Source of the DNA: Candidatus Woesearchaeota archaeon
Lineage (GTDB): Archaea; Nanobdellota; Nanobdellia; Pacearchaeales; GW2011-AR1
Reading direction: 5' to 3'
Length of the DNA: 38,242 nucleotides
Assembly (NCBI GenBank): GCA_964383885.1
Contig: CAYLHY010000002.1
Location: forward strand, 1 to 38,242
Shown: positions 1 through 7,965 of the stretch, piece by piece
Layout: every line of letters begins with the position of its first letter
Numbering within the stretch: position 1 is the first letter of the stretch
Program-made: the position numbers and the translations under genes
Notes under the pieces: generated by a model
Database searches by the model: none
Seen by the model: the letters and a program-made list of their open reading frames with translations, nothing else
What the model was told of the DNA's origin: nothing

Positions 1-545
1 CCTGAAGGAGAATTCATTATGCACGCGCCTAAAACAGGATTTATGTTCAGATTAAAACATTCTGCACTGTTTAATTCTGGTTTGAATTCAAAATTTCTTC
101 CTGAATTCATTCCTATTTCTTGACACTCTATTCTGGTTCTCATTTCTGCTTCATTCCCAATAACACAACATCCTAATTCGCATTCTACTGCATTGCCATC
201 TTCAAAAAATTCCCCTCCTAAATCCTCGCATTTTTTTCTTGGGGAATTTGGAAGGCAAACCCCATTTACAGGATCATAACATACTCCTAATTGGCAATCC
301 ACTATATTATCTCTTCTAGAAGGAATACAACTTCCTGAACAAAAATCCTCACATTCTTCTGCTAAATACTCCTGACATATTTCTCCATTCTTTCCCTCAA
401 TACATGTATGAATAATATCTGAGTTAGTGCTTTGAGCAGAAACAAAATTTTTGTCAAACTCATGGATTAAATAAGAATGTGCAAAGCTTATGCTTATTAT
501 TAAAAATATCTGAATAAAAACCTGTATTATTTTTTTATAAATCAT
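1..545 (-). CDS. Cysteine-rich secreted protein, N-terminal part (3' end runs off the window edge)
   Basis: Absent from the ORF track because it has no in-window stop. My own reverse-complement reading from the ATG at 545-543 stays open to position 1. It reads MIYKKIIQVFIQIFLIISISFAHSYLIHEF... (signal-like N-terminus), then a Cys-dense region (TCIEGKNGEICQEYLAEECEDFCSGSCIP...CEDLGGEFFEDGNAVECELGCCVIGNE...). The ATG overlaps the TGA of the upstream ORF (ATGA at 545-542). Confidence 0.6.
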   Translation of the reverse strand, partial: MIYKKIIQVFIQIFLIISISFAHSYLIHEFDKNFVSAQSTNSDIIHTCIEGKNGEICQEYLAEECEDFCSGSCIPSRRDNIVDCQLGVCYDPVNGVCLPNSPRKKCEDLGGEFFEDGNAVECELGCCVIGNEAEMRTRIECQEIGMNSGRNFEFKPELNSAECFNLNINPVLGACIMNSPS

Positions 546-1303
546 TTATGTAAAGCGCACCCCCTTATAGCAATATGCATTTTTTCATTATTTCTTGTGT
601 CAGTTATAGTATAAATTTTTGTAGAATCAGATAATTCTCTAAATCTTATTTCATATTCAGGATTCATAAGCATATATCCTAAAAATTCAAAATAACAGAA
701 TTTAGCTTCATTATGAGCAATTTTAGCAGCAATACTAATCAAATCATATATGGAATCTTTTATTCTTATGTTCATTTGATTATAATTAAATGTTCCTTCT
801 TTTTTACTGATTCTTAAATCTTTTTTTGTTTCAATTAGAACAAGTCCTGGAGATAATTTAACCTGAACAGACATATCATTGCCCAACTCAACCCCCATTC
901 CTTTTTCTTCGAAATCTTTTTTTAATTCTGAGAAGCATTTGTTAATTATAGGAGTTGCTTGTTCCTTAATTTCATTTTCTACTTCTGAAATTAACATTGG
1001 ATGCTGATTAATGCATGGCTTGAAGTTCATTGTATTTTTGCATAAATAAGTTGCTTTTTCATTATCATCTACTAACACATAATCTTTAGGATCATAAAAA
1101 CCTCCTTGTAAAGTGATTAAATTTATTATGTCTTTTAATTCATCTTCAACACATAATTGCATGTATGCTTCTGGATTTTCTTCTGCAGATTCTATTAGTG
1201 AAGGTTTTGTTATTTTTCTAAAAAAGAAATAACTGCTTATTATTCCAATTAATATTAAGGCCATTATAATAAATAATGTCACCTGCCCTCTTTTAGTTTT
1301 CAT
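542..1303 (-). CDS. Membrane-anchored or secreted hypothetical protein with a class III (type IV pilin-like) signal-like N-terminus
   Basis: 253-aa ORF. The N-terminus MKTKRGQ-VTLFIIMALILIGIISSYFFF is a basic stretch plus G-Q followed by a hydrophobic helix, the pattern processed by archaeal prepilin peptidases. The remainder has 6 Cys and matches no family I recognise. TTTATAAA lies at 1333-1340 upstream. Confidence 0.55.
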   Translation of the reverse strand: MKTKRGQVTLFIIMALILIGIISSYFFFRKITKPSLIESAEENPEAYMQLCVEDELKDIINLITLQGGFYDPKDYVLVDDNEKATYLCKNTMNFKPCINQHPMLISEVENEIKEQATPIINKCFSELKKDFEEKGMGVELGNDMSVQVKLSPGLVLIETKKDLRISKKEGTFNYNQMNIRIKDSIYDLISIAAKIAHNEAKFCYFEFLGYMLMNPEYEIRFRELSDSTKIYTITDTRNNEKMHIAIRGCALHK

Positions 1304-1352
1304 TTTTTAACTTTTGTAAAAAGAAATAAATCTTTATAAATTATTTTATAAA

Positions 1353-2090
1353 TTAATCCTCTGTTTCAACTCTTGGAGCAAGAACAAAGTTCAATTCCAT
1401 ATGAGGATTCTTAAATTCTAATCTTAAAGGATGGTCTGAAGAGAATTTTAAGATGCTTCTTTCAACTAATTTTGCTCCTTTTAAAAATTTTTGAAGATAC
1501 TCTAAACTATATCTTGCCTTGCAGGGCTCTGCACTAATAATTGCTTCATCTCCTGAAAATTCAGCTCTTGCAGAATTTAATCCTTTAGCTTCTATTATGA
1601 ATTTTTTACTTTCATTTTCCTCCACAATAAATGAACAAGCATCTGATACAACTGAGCAATCTTCAATTGAATCTATTAAGTCAATTGAATTCATGTCAAT
1701 TTTCGCTGCAAATTCTAATGCAGGCATTTCTTTGTCTTCAGAATCAATGTCAATTAAACTTAAACTAAAGCTTCTTTTTACTCTGTCTTGTATGTAAATG
1801 TTAAGAACACCATCCTTTCTTTCTAAAACTAATGAACTTTTGCTTCCGCATCTTTTTAAAATTTTTTTCAAGTTATCTAAATTAACTCCTAATACTTCAT
1901 TGTCTCGTATGTCAAATTGAGAAAAAGCGCTTTTCGGAAGTTTGAATTCAACCATAGCAACATTTGCAGGATCTATCGCAGTTATGTTCATACCAAATTC
2001 ATTAAATTTAATTTTTACTTCTAAAACCAATTCTGAAATTATTTCTATTGCCCTTGACAGTACTTGAGGAGTGTCTAATTTTATTAACAT
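1353..2090 (-). CDS. pcn: DNA polymerase sliding clamp PCNA
   Basis: 245 aa, typical PCNA length. The N-terminal pattern is ...AIEIISELVLEVKIKFNEFGMNITAIDPANVAMVEFKLPKSAFSQFD, and the C-terminus ...LRLEFKNPHMELNFVLAPRVETED carries the archaeal PCNA (Y/V)LAPR motif with an acidic tail. Confidence 0.88.
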   Translation of the reverse strand: MLIKLDTPQVLSRAIEIISELVLEVKIKFNEFGMNITAIDPANVAMVEFKLPKSAFSQFDIRDNEVLGVNLDNLKKILKRCGSKSSLVLERKDGVLNIYIQDRVKRSFSLSLIDIDSEDKEMPALEFAAKIDMNSIDLIDSIEDCSVVSDACSFIVEENESKKFIIEAKGLNSARAEFSGDEAIISAEPCKARYSLEYLQKFLKGAKLVERSILKFSSDHPLRLEFKNPHMELNFVLAPRVETED

Positions 2091-2112
2091 AGTTGTAAAA
2101 GAAAATTTCAGC

Positions 2113-2120
2113 TTTTAAAG
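2113..2120 (-). promoter_or_regulatory. TATA-like box for PCNA, 23-30 nt upstream of the ATG
   Basis: Minus-strand CTTTAAAA lies 23-30 nt before the ATG at 2090. The same spacing recurs at other first-in-unit genes. The genome is AT-rich, so a single match is weak evidence. Confidence 0.4.
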
Positions 2121-2216
2121 ATTGTTATATTTTTATGATAATCAATAAAGAATTTTATTTTTAGAATTCATGACTAAAGAAAATTATGAATTATCATAGC
2201 ATTTCACAACAAACCA

Positions 2217-2222
2217 TTTAAA
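2217..2222 (+). promoter_or_regulatory. TATA-like box for the primase gene
   Basis: CATTTAAAC, with TTTAAA 22-27 nt upstream of the ATG at 2244. Confidence 0.35.
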
Positions 2223-2243
2223 CTTTTTAGTTTTTAGAGTTCC

Positions 2244-4844
2244 ATGGAGGAAATAAGCTTCAAAGAAAAAAGAATACGAAGTATTACTAAATTGTATTAC
2301 TCTAATCCTGAAATTCAAGAAACTTTATTTGAGTTCTCTAAAAACAGAGAAATTTCTCCAAGATATTTTGAAGGTTTTGGCAAAAGACCAGACTCATTTC
2401 AATATCCAGGAGATATCTTTGAATTAGTTAAAAAAGGAGCAACATCTTTTCATTGTTCAGAAGAATTATGGAAGGATCCTCTTGCAATAAAAACAGGAAT
2501 GTCTCAAGAAGAAATGAATAATTTAAGATTAGGATGGGACTTGCTTATAGACATTGACAGCAAATATTTTGATTATAGTAAAGTAATGGCTGAATTAATC
2601 ATTAAAATGCTTGAATTTCATGGTGTTAAAAATATTGGAATTAAATTCAGTGTTTCTGGAGATACTCCGATACTTGTGAAAGATAATTTTAATAACATTA
2701 TTCTAAAACCAATATCTGAGGTTATAGATTTAATCAAAAAAGGAAAAAAACTTAGAGTCCTGTCTTTGAATAAAGAAAGAAAATTAAAATTTTCAAGGAT
2801 TTATGATTATTTAGAGCATAACGACATTATTTATGAATTAAAACACTCTCAAAGCACCCTTCCTTTAAAAGTTACAGGGCATCATTCTGTTTTTGTATGG
2901 GATAAAGGAAATATAATACAGAAAAAAGTATCTGAATTAAAAAAAGGAGACTTTTTAATATCTTATAATACTGAAAAAAATCCTTTAAGCATTAAGGATT
3001 TGAAAATCACTCACAAATATGATTTTAATAAAAAACAAATGATTAATAGAATAAATCTAACTCCTGAATTAATGAGATTGATTGGTTATTTTTTAGCTGA
3101 AGGGCATGTTACAAACACTATTAACCAGGTTGGCTTTACTTTTAATAGGAATGAAAAAGAATATATAGAAGATGTTAAATATTTATTATCAAAAATAACG
3201 AAAAAGAATGTATCTACTAGACATCCCAATAAAAATTCAATTCAAATACTAATTCATTCTAAACAATGGGCAGATTTTTTTAATGAATTTTGTGGGAAAA
3301 AGAAGGATAAACATACTCCTCCATTTTCCTGGAAATTAACCAAAGATTTATTTCTTGAAATGCTTAAAGGATACATAAGAGGTGATGGTTATAAAGCAGG
3401 AGAATATGGAATTGTTGTAAAATCTGTTTCAAAGAAATTAATAACAGAGTTCATATGGTTATGCAAATTAAATGGGATTTCATGCAATTTATCTTATGAA
3501 AAAAATAGACAACATAAATTATCTCAAGGAAATTGGTTTAAAGAGAGCGATGTTTATTCATTAAGAATTCCCAAATCAGAACTTAAGGAATTAGAATTCC
3601 ATAGAAAAAGAAATAAGTTTTCTTCTTTTCCTGGAGACAAAATTTTCCCAACTGATGGCTTAATACAAGTTTATAAGCACATAAAGCCAAAGAAATTTCT
3701 TGATCACCGGCAAGAGCAAATGACTTTAAAAAAGAAAAATGCAAATCTAAATAGAATAAGAAAAGTTTTAGATTGGTTTTATAATTTTAAATCAAATGAA
3801 TTAGATGAAAAATGTTCTAAAATCCTGGAAAATTATGAAAGATTATTTTCTTCTGATATTTCTATTGTTAGGATTAAAGAAATAACAAAAAAGAAAAAAG
3901 AAAAAGTTTATGATGTTTCTGTTGAAGACACAGAATCTTTTTTTGGAAATTATTATCCTATATTACTACATAATTCAGGAAGCAAAGGATTTCATATTTT
4001 AGTTCCTTGGAAAGCATTTCCCGAGAAAGTTAATGAAACAAAAACTTCAGATATGTTTCCTGAATATCCTCGAATTATTACAAAATATTTAATGGAAAAA
4101 ATAAAAGAACCTTTAATTGAAAAAATAACTAATTTAACAACACCAAATAAGTATGTTAAAGATTTTTCAGCTCCAAAAGAAGTAATGCCTGATCTTGTGT
4201 TAGTTTCCCCAAGACATTTATTTAGAATGCCTTATTCTCTTCATGAAAAAACAGCTCTAGCAAGCGTGGTTTTAAATAAAGATGAAATAAAAGACTTTGA
4301 TTTAAAAGATGCAAATCCATTAAAAATAACAGAAATAAGAAATTTTCTTCCTGATTCTGAGCCAGGAGAAGCTTCAGAACTTTTAATGCAGGCTCTTGAT
4401 TGGAATAAGGAGTCTTTAGTTAAGGCTTCAGAAAAAACTAAGAATTTCTCTACAATAAAATTATCTAACTTATCCAATAAACACTTTCCTCCTTGTGTTC
4501 AAAATATTTTAAAGGGAATGAGAGATGGTAAAAAAAGAGCATTATTTTCCTTAATTAATTTATTTAGAACACTTGGAATGGATAGAGAAGAGGTTGAGAA
4601 AAGAATTTATGAATGGAATGAAAAAAACAACCCTAAATTAAAAGAAGGAATCATTAAAGTGCAGTTAACAGCAAGTTATAGAAAAAAACCAATAATGCCT
4701 CCTAATTGCAAGGAGTATTACCAAGGAATAGGTGTTTGTGTTCCAGATAATTTATGCAAGTTAATTAAAAATCCTGTTAATTATGTTGTAAAGAAAAAAT
4801 TTCTTGAAAAGTCCAATGAAAAATCCAAGAAAAATGCACGATGA
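2244..4844 (+). CDS. priS: Single-chain archaeo-eukaryotic DNA primase (PriS catalytic domain fused to a PriL-type Fe-S C-terminal domain), interrupted by an intein
   Basis: The N-terminus carries the catalytic GWDLLIDIDSKY (DxD) motif. The SG.KGFH motif is split by a 442-aa insertion. Further PriS-like features are SPRHLFRMPYSLHEKT and the following region. The C-terminal region HFPPCVQNILKG...KPIMPPNCKEYYQGIGVCVPDNLC has four Cys spaced like the PriL-CTD 4Fe-4S ligands. Without the intein the protein is 424 aa. Confidence 0.85.
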   Translation: MEEISFKEKRIRSITKLYYSNPEIQETLFEFSKNREISPRYFEGFGKRPDSFQYPGDIFELVKKGATSFHCSEELWKDPLAIKTGMSQEEMNNLRLGWDLLIDIDSKYFDYSKVMAELIIKMLEFHGVKNIGIKFSVSGDTPILVKDNFNNIILKPISEVIDLIKKGKKLRVLSLNKERKLKFSRIYDYLEHNDIIYELKHSQSTLPLKVTGHHSVFVWDKGNIIQKKVSELKKGDFLISYNTEKNPLSIKDLKITHKYDFNKKQMINRINLTPELMRLIGYFLAEGHVTNTINQVGFTFNRNEKEYIEDVKYLLSKITKKNVSTRHPNKNSIQILIHSKQWADFFNEFCGKKKDKHTPPFSWKLTKDLFLEMLKGYIRGDGYKAGEYGIVVKSVSKKLITEFIWLCKLNGISCNLSYEKNRQHKLSQGNWFKESDVYSLRIPKSELKELEFHRKRNKFSSFPGDKIFPTDGLIQVYKHIKPKKFLDHRQEQMTLKKKNANLNRIRKVLDWFYNFKSNELDEKCSKILENYERLFSSDISIVRIKEITKKKKEKVYDVSVEDTESFFGNYYPILLHNSGSKGFHILVPWKAFPEKVNETKTSDMFPEYPRIITKYLMEKIKEPLIEKITNLTTPNKYVKDFSAPKEVMPDLVLVSPRHLFRMPYSLHEKTALASVVLNKDEIKDFDLKDANPLKITEIRNFLPDSEPGEASELLMQALDWNKESLVKASEKTKNFSTIKLSNLSNKHFPPCVQNILKGMRDGKKRALFSLINLFRTLGMDREEVEKRIYEWNEKNNPKLKEGIIKVQLTASYRKKPIMPPNCKEYYQGIGVCVPDNLCKLIKNPVNYVVKKKFLEKSNEKSKKNAR
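2649..3974 (+). mobile_element. Intein (442 aa) with a LAGLIDADG homing endonuclease domain, inserted in the primase motif SG.KGFH
   Basis: It starts SVSGDTPILV (block A-like, Ser1) directly after ...GIKF. Two dodecapeptide motifs are present: LIGYFLAEGHV (about 3078) and LKGYIRGDGY (about 3363). It ends VYDVSVEDTESFFGNYYPILLHN, followed by Ser+1 (SGSKGFHILVPW). Joining the exteins gives IGIKF-SGSKGFHILV. Confidence 0.85.
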
Positions 4845-4858
4845 ATTATCTGTAGGGT

Positions 4859-5968
4859 TTACTGTTTGGATTTATTTACATTATAATTGATTTTCTTTAA
4901 ATACTCAAATATTCTTTTTTTAAACAAATTTAAATCTTTTTTTAATATTCTAGCACCTGATGCAACAACATGTCCTCCAGATTCAGAATTTTTTAAACCA
5001 TTGACACAAAAATGAGCTAGTTCATTTAATTTTATTTTTTTATCTTGTCTTCTTAAATTTATATTAATTCTTTTGCCGTTCTCTATTTCAGAAAAAACAA
5101 TTATTGTTTGTGAGGGCATAGAAAAACTTATTTTTGTTGAGATGATTGAAGCTAAAGGATATTTAGGGTTTATAAAATATAGATGCATATCTAAATCAGG
5201 ATAATGTTCTGATCTTTTTTTAAAATTTTTCACCCATTTTTTAACTTCTTTTTCAATTATTTGATTGTACTTTGTTAGATATTTAACATCTTTAAAAGAT
5301 TTAGCATTTAGAAGTCTGATGAAATGTTTTTGCATTTCTTTTTGATTGTATCTTGAATTATCAATGCCTTTTGTTATTCTTCCTAATTCAGAATCAAATA
5401 AATCTTTTTTTGTTTTTATATTATATTTTTTATAAACTTTTTCAACAAATTTTTTTTGTTTATCAAAAGCACAATCACCAATAATACCAATCAGTGCAAC
5501 CCAATCTAATTCTTTGGTGATTTTAGGATTTATTTTAGAAAAAAGATAATAGCACATTAAACTTGCTGGATATTTAAAAGGTTCATTAGAGATATCTTCA
5601 GCCTTTATGATTGTTGTTCTTTTATCTTTAAATTTTTTATTTTTTGGATGATGGTCAATAATTAATATATCTGAAAATTTTTTTAATTTTTCAAATTCTC
5701 CAGGAGTAGTATCTACTGCTAAATCTAAAATAATTATTTTGTTTATTTTGTTTTTCTTTAAATCTTTTAAATTTTCTTTTGTTATTCCAATTTCTCCTCT
5801 TGGAGGATTTAATCTCAGAGAAATATTTTTATTTTTTAGTTTTTTAATGCATGATGCAGTGATTACAGCAGAACTTAAACCATCAGAATCTGCATGATGA
5901 ATTATTGCAACTTTGTCTTTTTCAGAAATTTTTTCTATAAATTTTTTGAACTTTTTGAAGCAATTCAT
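4859..5968 (-). CDS. DHH/DHHA1 phosphoesterase, archaeal RecJ/Cdc45 (GAN)-like nuclease
   Basis: The motifs are VAIIHHADSDGLSS (DxD), IILDLAVD, ILIIDHHP (DHH) and SGGHVVASGA (the GGGH-type DHHA1 motif). It sits beside PCNA and primase. Confidence 0.75.
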   Translation of the reverse strand: MNCFKKFKKFIEKISEKDKVAIIHHADSDGLSSAVITASCIKKLKNKNISLRLNPPRGEIGITKENLKDLKKNKINKIIILDLAVDTTPGEFEKLKKFSDILIIDHHPKNKKFKDKRTTIIKAEDISNEPFKYPASLMCYYLFSKINPKITKELDWVALIGIIGDCAFDKQKKFVEKVYKKYNIKTKKDLFDSELGRITKGIDNSRYNQKEMQKHFIRLLNAKSFKDVKYLTKYNQIIEKEVKKWVKNFKKRSEHYPDLDMHLYFINPKYPLASIISTKISFSMPSQTIIVFSEIENGKRININLRRQDKKIKLNELAHFCVNGLKNSESGGHVVASGARILKKDLNLFKKRIFEYLKKINYNVNKSKQ

Positions 5969-6040
5969 TTTTCTTGTTTTTCAGAGGATTTTAAGATATA
6001 TAATTTTTTGTTTTTAAAATCCAAGAAAAATAACAACAAA

Positions 6041-6048
6041 TTTAAAAA
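6041..6048 (+). promoter_or_regulatory. TATA-like box for the 6071 surface-protein gene
   Basis: TTTAAAAA lies 23-30 nt upstream of the ATG at 6071. Confidence 0.4.
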
Positions 6049-6070
6049 GAAAGATTAATTAAATAAATTT

Positions 6071-7915
6071 ATGAAAAAGAGTGTGGTAATATTATTGCTA
6101 TTTATATTAACTGGAGTTCTTTACAATGGAATTATTTTTGCACAAGAAGATTCCCAAAATCTTCAGGATTCTGAAACACAAACTCAGAATATTGAAGCAG
6201 AAAAAGTTGATAAGGCTTATGCTTGCCTAGAAAACAAAATTCAAGGAGGAAGATGCGCAACACTATCTCCTGAAGAAAAAATTTTTGTTTTAATGGCTAT
6301 TGGAGGATGTAAAGATGAGGTGATTGCAGATTCAGTTTCTAATGAATACTGGACAAGTGCTAATCCAAGCATTAAAATGACTTCTCAAGCAATTTTAGCA
6401 TTAAGCAAGGCAACAACTTTTAACACTAAACCTGCTGAAGAGTGGTTATTGAAACAGCAAGGTTCTCCAGAAGACATTGATTGGTATCTTGAAATTGAAT
6501 CAGATTCAGAAACAGAATGTACTATTGCCTATGATGGTGCTACTTATCCAGTTACTTTAAAAGAAGATAAAACTCTAAACCAAGGAGCTGGAAATTGTTT
6601 ATCTTTGTCTCAAAATAATTATTGGCTTAAAATAAATCCTGGATGTTTTGATAGAGAATTTGAAATTTCATGTGATGAGGATTTTTTAACTGCTTTAATT
6701 TTTAAAAGAGAAACATCAAATGTAATTCATGTCTCAGATGTAACAAATTCAGCTTCTGCTAATGGAAGAACTTATGAAAAAGTTAATTCAGCTTGTTTCT
6801 TGCAAGGAGGAGAATGCGATTATGAAGGAACATTATGGGCAGCAATGGTTTTGAATTATAAAGGATACGACACTTCTGCATATATTCCTTACTTAACAAC
6901 TCTTGCTGAAGAAAATTCTCAATATCTTCCAGAATCTTTCTTATATTTAATAACTCAGAGCAGTGATTATAGAACAGATTTATTATCAAAACAAAGAAAC
7001 AATAAATATTGGGATGCATGGAAAAATAAATTTTATGACACTGCTGTTGCATTATATTCAATAAGTGATGAACCTGTAGAAAAAACAAATGCTAAAAATT
7101 GGCTTTTAGAAGTGCAGGGAGAAGATGGTTGCTGGGAAGGAAATGTAAGAAACACTGCTTTTATTTTAGCTTCAATATGGCCAAGGCAAGTAGATGTTAC
7201 TAAAAGCAGTTGTGAGCCAACTTATTATTGCATGTCTGAAGCAAGTTGTGTTGGAAGTATATTAGAAGAATATGATTGTCCTGGTGTTTTAAAATGCTGC
7301 AGTGAGCCGAAACCTATTCTAACTTGTTTAGAACAAGAAGGAGAAATCTGCTCTCCAGATGAATCTTGTGTTGGAGGAACTGTTGTAGAAAGTTCAGATA
7401 CAGCAGCAGGAGAAGTTTGTTGCGTTGGCGGAAGCTGTGAAGTAAAAAAAGCAGAGTCAGAATGCGAGGCTTATGGAGGCGTATGCAGGCCTTTTGAATG
7501 TTTAGAAAATGAAGAAGAAACTGATTATCTTTGTGAATTTGGAGACTTATGCTGTGTTGCTAAAAAAGAAAAACCTAAATCTAATTTAGGTATTATTATT
7601 TTCTTAATGTTTTTGATTTTATTAACAGTTCTTGGAATTATTTTTAGAAAGAAACTAAGGCCTTTTTTTGAAAAATTAATAAATAAATTTAAATCAAAAC
7701 CTGGTGAAGGACAAGTCACAGGAAGATTCCCAAGGCGTCCAGGAACTCCTCCTGCTCCGCCATTTGTAAGAAGACGTCCTGTTTCTTTAACCCCAAGAGC
7801 TTCAGGAGCAAAGCCAGGAATTTTTCCTAAGGGGCAAAAAGGTTCTGCTAATATTGATGCTATTGAAGAAGTAGATGAAGTTTTAGAAAAATTAAAAGAT
7901 ATGGTGAAAAAATAA
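6071..7915 (+). CDS. Surface-anchored protein: signal peptide, prenyltransferase/terpene-cyclase-like alpha/alpha-toroid repeats, triple Cys-rich stalk, TM helix, basic Pro-rich cytoplasmic tail
   Basis: The signal peptide is MKKSVVILLLFILTGVLYNGIIFA. Q..DG.W-type repeats are present (EEWLLKQQGSPEDIDW, QGGECDYEGTLWAAMVL, KNWLLEVQGEDGCWEGNVRNTAFILASIW). Three Cys modules span aa 381-495 (nt 7211-7555). The TM helix is GIIIFLMFLILLTVLGIIF (nt 7586-7645). An 89-aa tail is rich in R, P and G. Confidence 0.75.
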   Translation: MKKSVVILLLFILTGVLYNGIIFAQEDSQNLQDSETQTQNIEAEKVDKAYACLENKIQGGRCATLSPEEKIFVLMAIGGCKDEVIADSVSNEYWTSANPSIKMTSQAILALSKATTFNTKPAEEWLLKQQGSPEDIDWYLEIESDSETECTIAYDGATYPVTLKEDKTLNQGAGNCLSLSQNNYWLKINPGCFDREFEISCDEDFLTALIFKRETSNVIHVSDVTNSASANGRTYEKVNSACFLQGGECDYEGTLWAAMVLNYKGYDTSAYIPYLTTLAEENSQYLPESFLYLITQSSDYRTDLLSKQRNNKYWDAWKNKFYDTAVALYSISDEPVEKTNAKNWLLEVQGEDGCWEGNVRNTAFILASIWPRQVDVTKSSCEPTYYCMSEASCVGSILEEYDCPGVLKCCSEPKPILTCLEQEGEICSPDESCVGGTVVESSDTAAGEVCCVGGSCEVKKAESECEAYGGVCRPFECLENEEETDYLCEFGDLCCVAKKEKPKSNLGIIIFLMFLILLTVLGIIFRKKLRPFFEKLINKFKSKPGEGQVTGRFPRRPGTPPAPPFVRRRPVSLTPRASGAKPGIFPKGQKGSANIDAIEEVDEVLEKLKDMVKK

Positions 7916-7965
7916 ATTAACCTTAAAATACTAAAATTTATTAATGATATTTTCTAATATTTTCT

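Noticed and set aside
1519-1797. 92-aa plus-strand ORF inside the PCNA gene. The same class includes the ORFs at 4241-4477, 6783-7088, 7525-7719, 9736-9918 and 10231-10431.
   Set aside because: All are antisense or out-of-frame shadows lying inside (10231-10431 straddles the ComEA-like/Hjc-like gene junction) longer ORFs that have clear family signatures. Their products are low-complexity Ser/Phe/Leu/Ile-rich, as expected from reading AT-rich coding DNA backwards.
2091-2243. Replication origin in the PCNA/primase divergent spacer. It has inverted 9-mers TATGATAAT (2134-2142) and ATTATCATA (2190-2198) and is AT-rich.
   Set aside because: No ORB-like repeats with G-strings, no adjacent orc1/cdc6 gene, and short AT-only inverted repeats are expected by chance here. 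The spacer is better explained as two back-to-back promoters.
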